DNA from: a virus
Taxonomy: Duplodnaviria; Caudoviricetes
Virus record (IMG/VR): IMGVR_UViG_3300025327_000039
Coordinates: 1 to 52,948 of that record
DNA: 52,948 nt
Reading direction: 5' to 3' (one strand)
Part shown: positions 51,909-52,948 of the stretch, in pieces
How the letters are laid out: each line of letters starts with the position of its first letter
Position numbering within the stretch: position 1 is the first letter of the stretch
Made by a program: the position numbers and the translations under genes
Notes under the pieces: generated by a model
What the model saw: only the letters and a program-made list of their open reading frames with translations
Told to the model about the DNA's origin: nothing
The model's database searches: none

Positions 51909-52229
51909 CTAGTCCTTGAGGGCTGGAGATGTCAATCCTAACAATGAGGATAGCCTTGTTGATCCCCTCCCTGGCCACTCGAAGACTGCCTCTTGGTTCA
52001 CATAGTAGGAGTGTTTGCGGCGGGCCTTGCTGATCGTGACCAAGCCTTGGTTGTGTAGGTCGCCCACAATCTTCCAGATCGATCTCTCTGTTAGGAAGTT
52101 CTTGTCGGCAAGTTCTCTAACGCCGCAGCCAGGGTGTGCAGCAACATAGAAGAGGATCCTGCCGTAGGTAGTGAATAGAGAGGCAGTGCTGGAGTAATGT
52201 GTTGCTTCACTCGTTCTTGGCATATCCAT
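51909..52229 (-). CDS. Winged-helix transcriptional regulator
   Basis: FTTYGRILFYVAAHP..VRELA..LTERSIWKIVGDL..GLV..RRKHSYYVN. Confidence 0.75.
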   Translation of the reverse strand: MDMPRTSEATHYSSTASLFTTYGRILFYVAAHPGCGVRELADKNFLTERSIWKIVGDLHNQGLVTISKARRKHSYYVNQEAVFEWPGRGSTRLSSLLGLTSPALKD

Positions 52230-52548
52230 CTCTTCTCGTTTCCCTGATGCTGGCTGCATCCATGTAACGATCCTCTCCCTTGCGTAGCGCATCCCAGAAG
52301 TCGATCCCTAGCAGGGCTGAGAGCAAGCGGCACATCGTGATGACATCCGCCAAGGCTACCTTGGCCTCTCCGTGGTAGTCTCTGACACCGCCCCAGTGGA
52401 CATTCATAGCGCACTTGACGAAGTCGCCCACCTCGTAGGTCAGGATAGCCGCGGTGGTAGGGACGAACTGGTCTGGCGGCTTGACGCGTAGCAGATCAGC
52501 CTGCGAGTACTGGGCGTGTAGCATGGCCCGGTCGGAGTCCTGCATCAT
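52207..52548 (-). CDS. MazG-like (all-alpha NTP pyrophosphatase) protein, degenerate
   Basis: LTYEVGDF...ALADVITMC..LGID. Confidence 0.6.
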   Translation of the reverse strand: MMQDSDRAMLHAQYSQADLLRVKPPDQFVPTTAAILTYEVGDFVKCAMNVHWGGVRDYHGEAKVALADVITMCRLLSALLGIDFWDALRKGEDRYMDAASIRETRRDGYAKNE

Positions 52549-52556
52549 ACTAGGTT

Positions 52557-52889
52557 CTACGCTCTTTTGTTACCATGACGCCAAGGTCTTGTGTCGTTGT
52601 AGGCCACCTTGGCGAGCAGTACAGCCTCAGTATCGACCTTCTTGGCTGCTAGGGCGTCCAGAATGCGGATGACGCAGTCTACTAGCTCCACTCCCCATCC
52701 CTCTGGCTTGCCGTTCTCTGCTACGTAGAAGGGAGGGTTGGCACCGTCTTCCCTCCATGCTTCTAAGGCCTCCGAGAGCTCGGAGTGCATGAGAGCGATC
52801 AGCTCGCCGAAGTTTCGGTCGTGCTCCCACCAGCCGTGCTCGACTGCGGTGGTGTGAATCTTTGCCTGCAGTTCCATGATATCTGCCAT
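52557..52889 (-). CDS. MazG-like nucleotide pyrophosphohydrolase
   Basis: IALMHSELSEALEAWR..GKPEG..ELVDCVIRILD..K..YN..R. Confidence 0.85.
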   Translation of the reverse strand: MADIMELQAKIHTTAVEHGWWEHDRNFGELIALMHSELSEALEAWREDGANPPFYVAENGKPEGWGVELVDCVIRILDALAAKKVDTEAVLLAKVAYNDTRPWRHGNKRA

Positions 52890-52948
52890 TCGATTAGACC
52901 TTCTCGTGTTCTGTGTGACTGACCTGTACGCCGTCCTCTTCCTCGATC

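Noticed and set aside
1-52948. Genome-wide TAG reassignment (code 15) or tRNA genes
   Set aside because: Conserved genes are intact in code 11, and many TAG stops are followed by terminators or out-of-frame genes (for example TAGTAG at 9156-9161). I recognised no tRNA cloverleaf by eye; tRNAscan-SE would settle it.

Overview
The window is a ~53 kb piece of a tailed dsDNA phage or prophage genome, probably siphovirus-like, with two convergent arms. The + arm (1-~32.6 kb) opens with a five-gene sugar-modification cluster: FkbM methyltransferase, two GT-B glycosyltransferases, one GT-A glycosyltransferase and a GNAT-DegT aminotransferase fusion. It continues with a 2H-phosphoesterase, a fused protease/scaffold/Mu-gpT-like capsid protein, neck and tail genes, a -1 frameshifting tail chaperone, a 1866-aa tape measure, several large tail-tip/fibre proteins and a holin-like gene. 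The - arm (~32.5-52.9 kb) carries RuvC, an M23 peptidase, macrodomain/NDT/DEDD exonuclease/HNH/DHH genes, HicB, an ERCC4 nuclease, an SLT lysozyme, an intein-containing AAA ATPase, a PD-(D/E)XK nuclease, an SSB-like protein, an intein-containing DinG-like helicase, an origin-like repeat structure and two MazG-like genes. I see no terminase, portal, integrase, DNA polymerase, reverse transcriptase, tRNA or CRISPR array. The host is unknown; a Chloroflexota-like host is a weak inference from the FmdB, HicB and wHTH gene styles and the leaderless promoters. The most unusual signal is an apparent RNA-level regulatory layer: at least three promoter-driven non-coding transcripts, each complementary to the RBS or start codon of a replication/recombination gene, plus a four-segment RNA switch coupling SSB to the nuclease gene. 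Also notable are a family of 18-bp-spacer promoters, a symmetric transcribed ori-like element, an HNH that took over the 5' end of its neighbour, and a possible virion-glycosylation pathway. All calls come from reading motifs by eye; no database searches were run.
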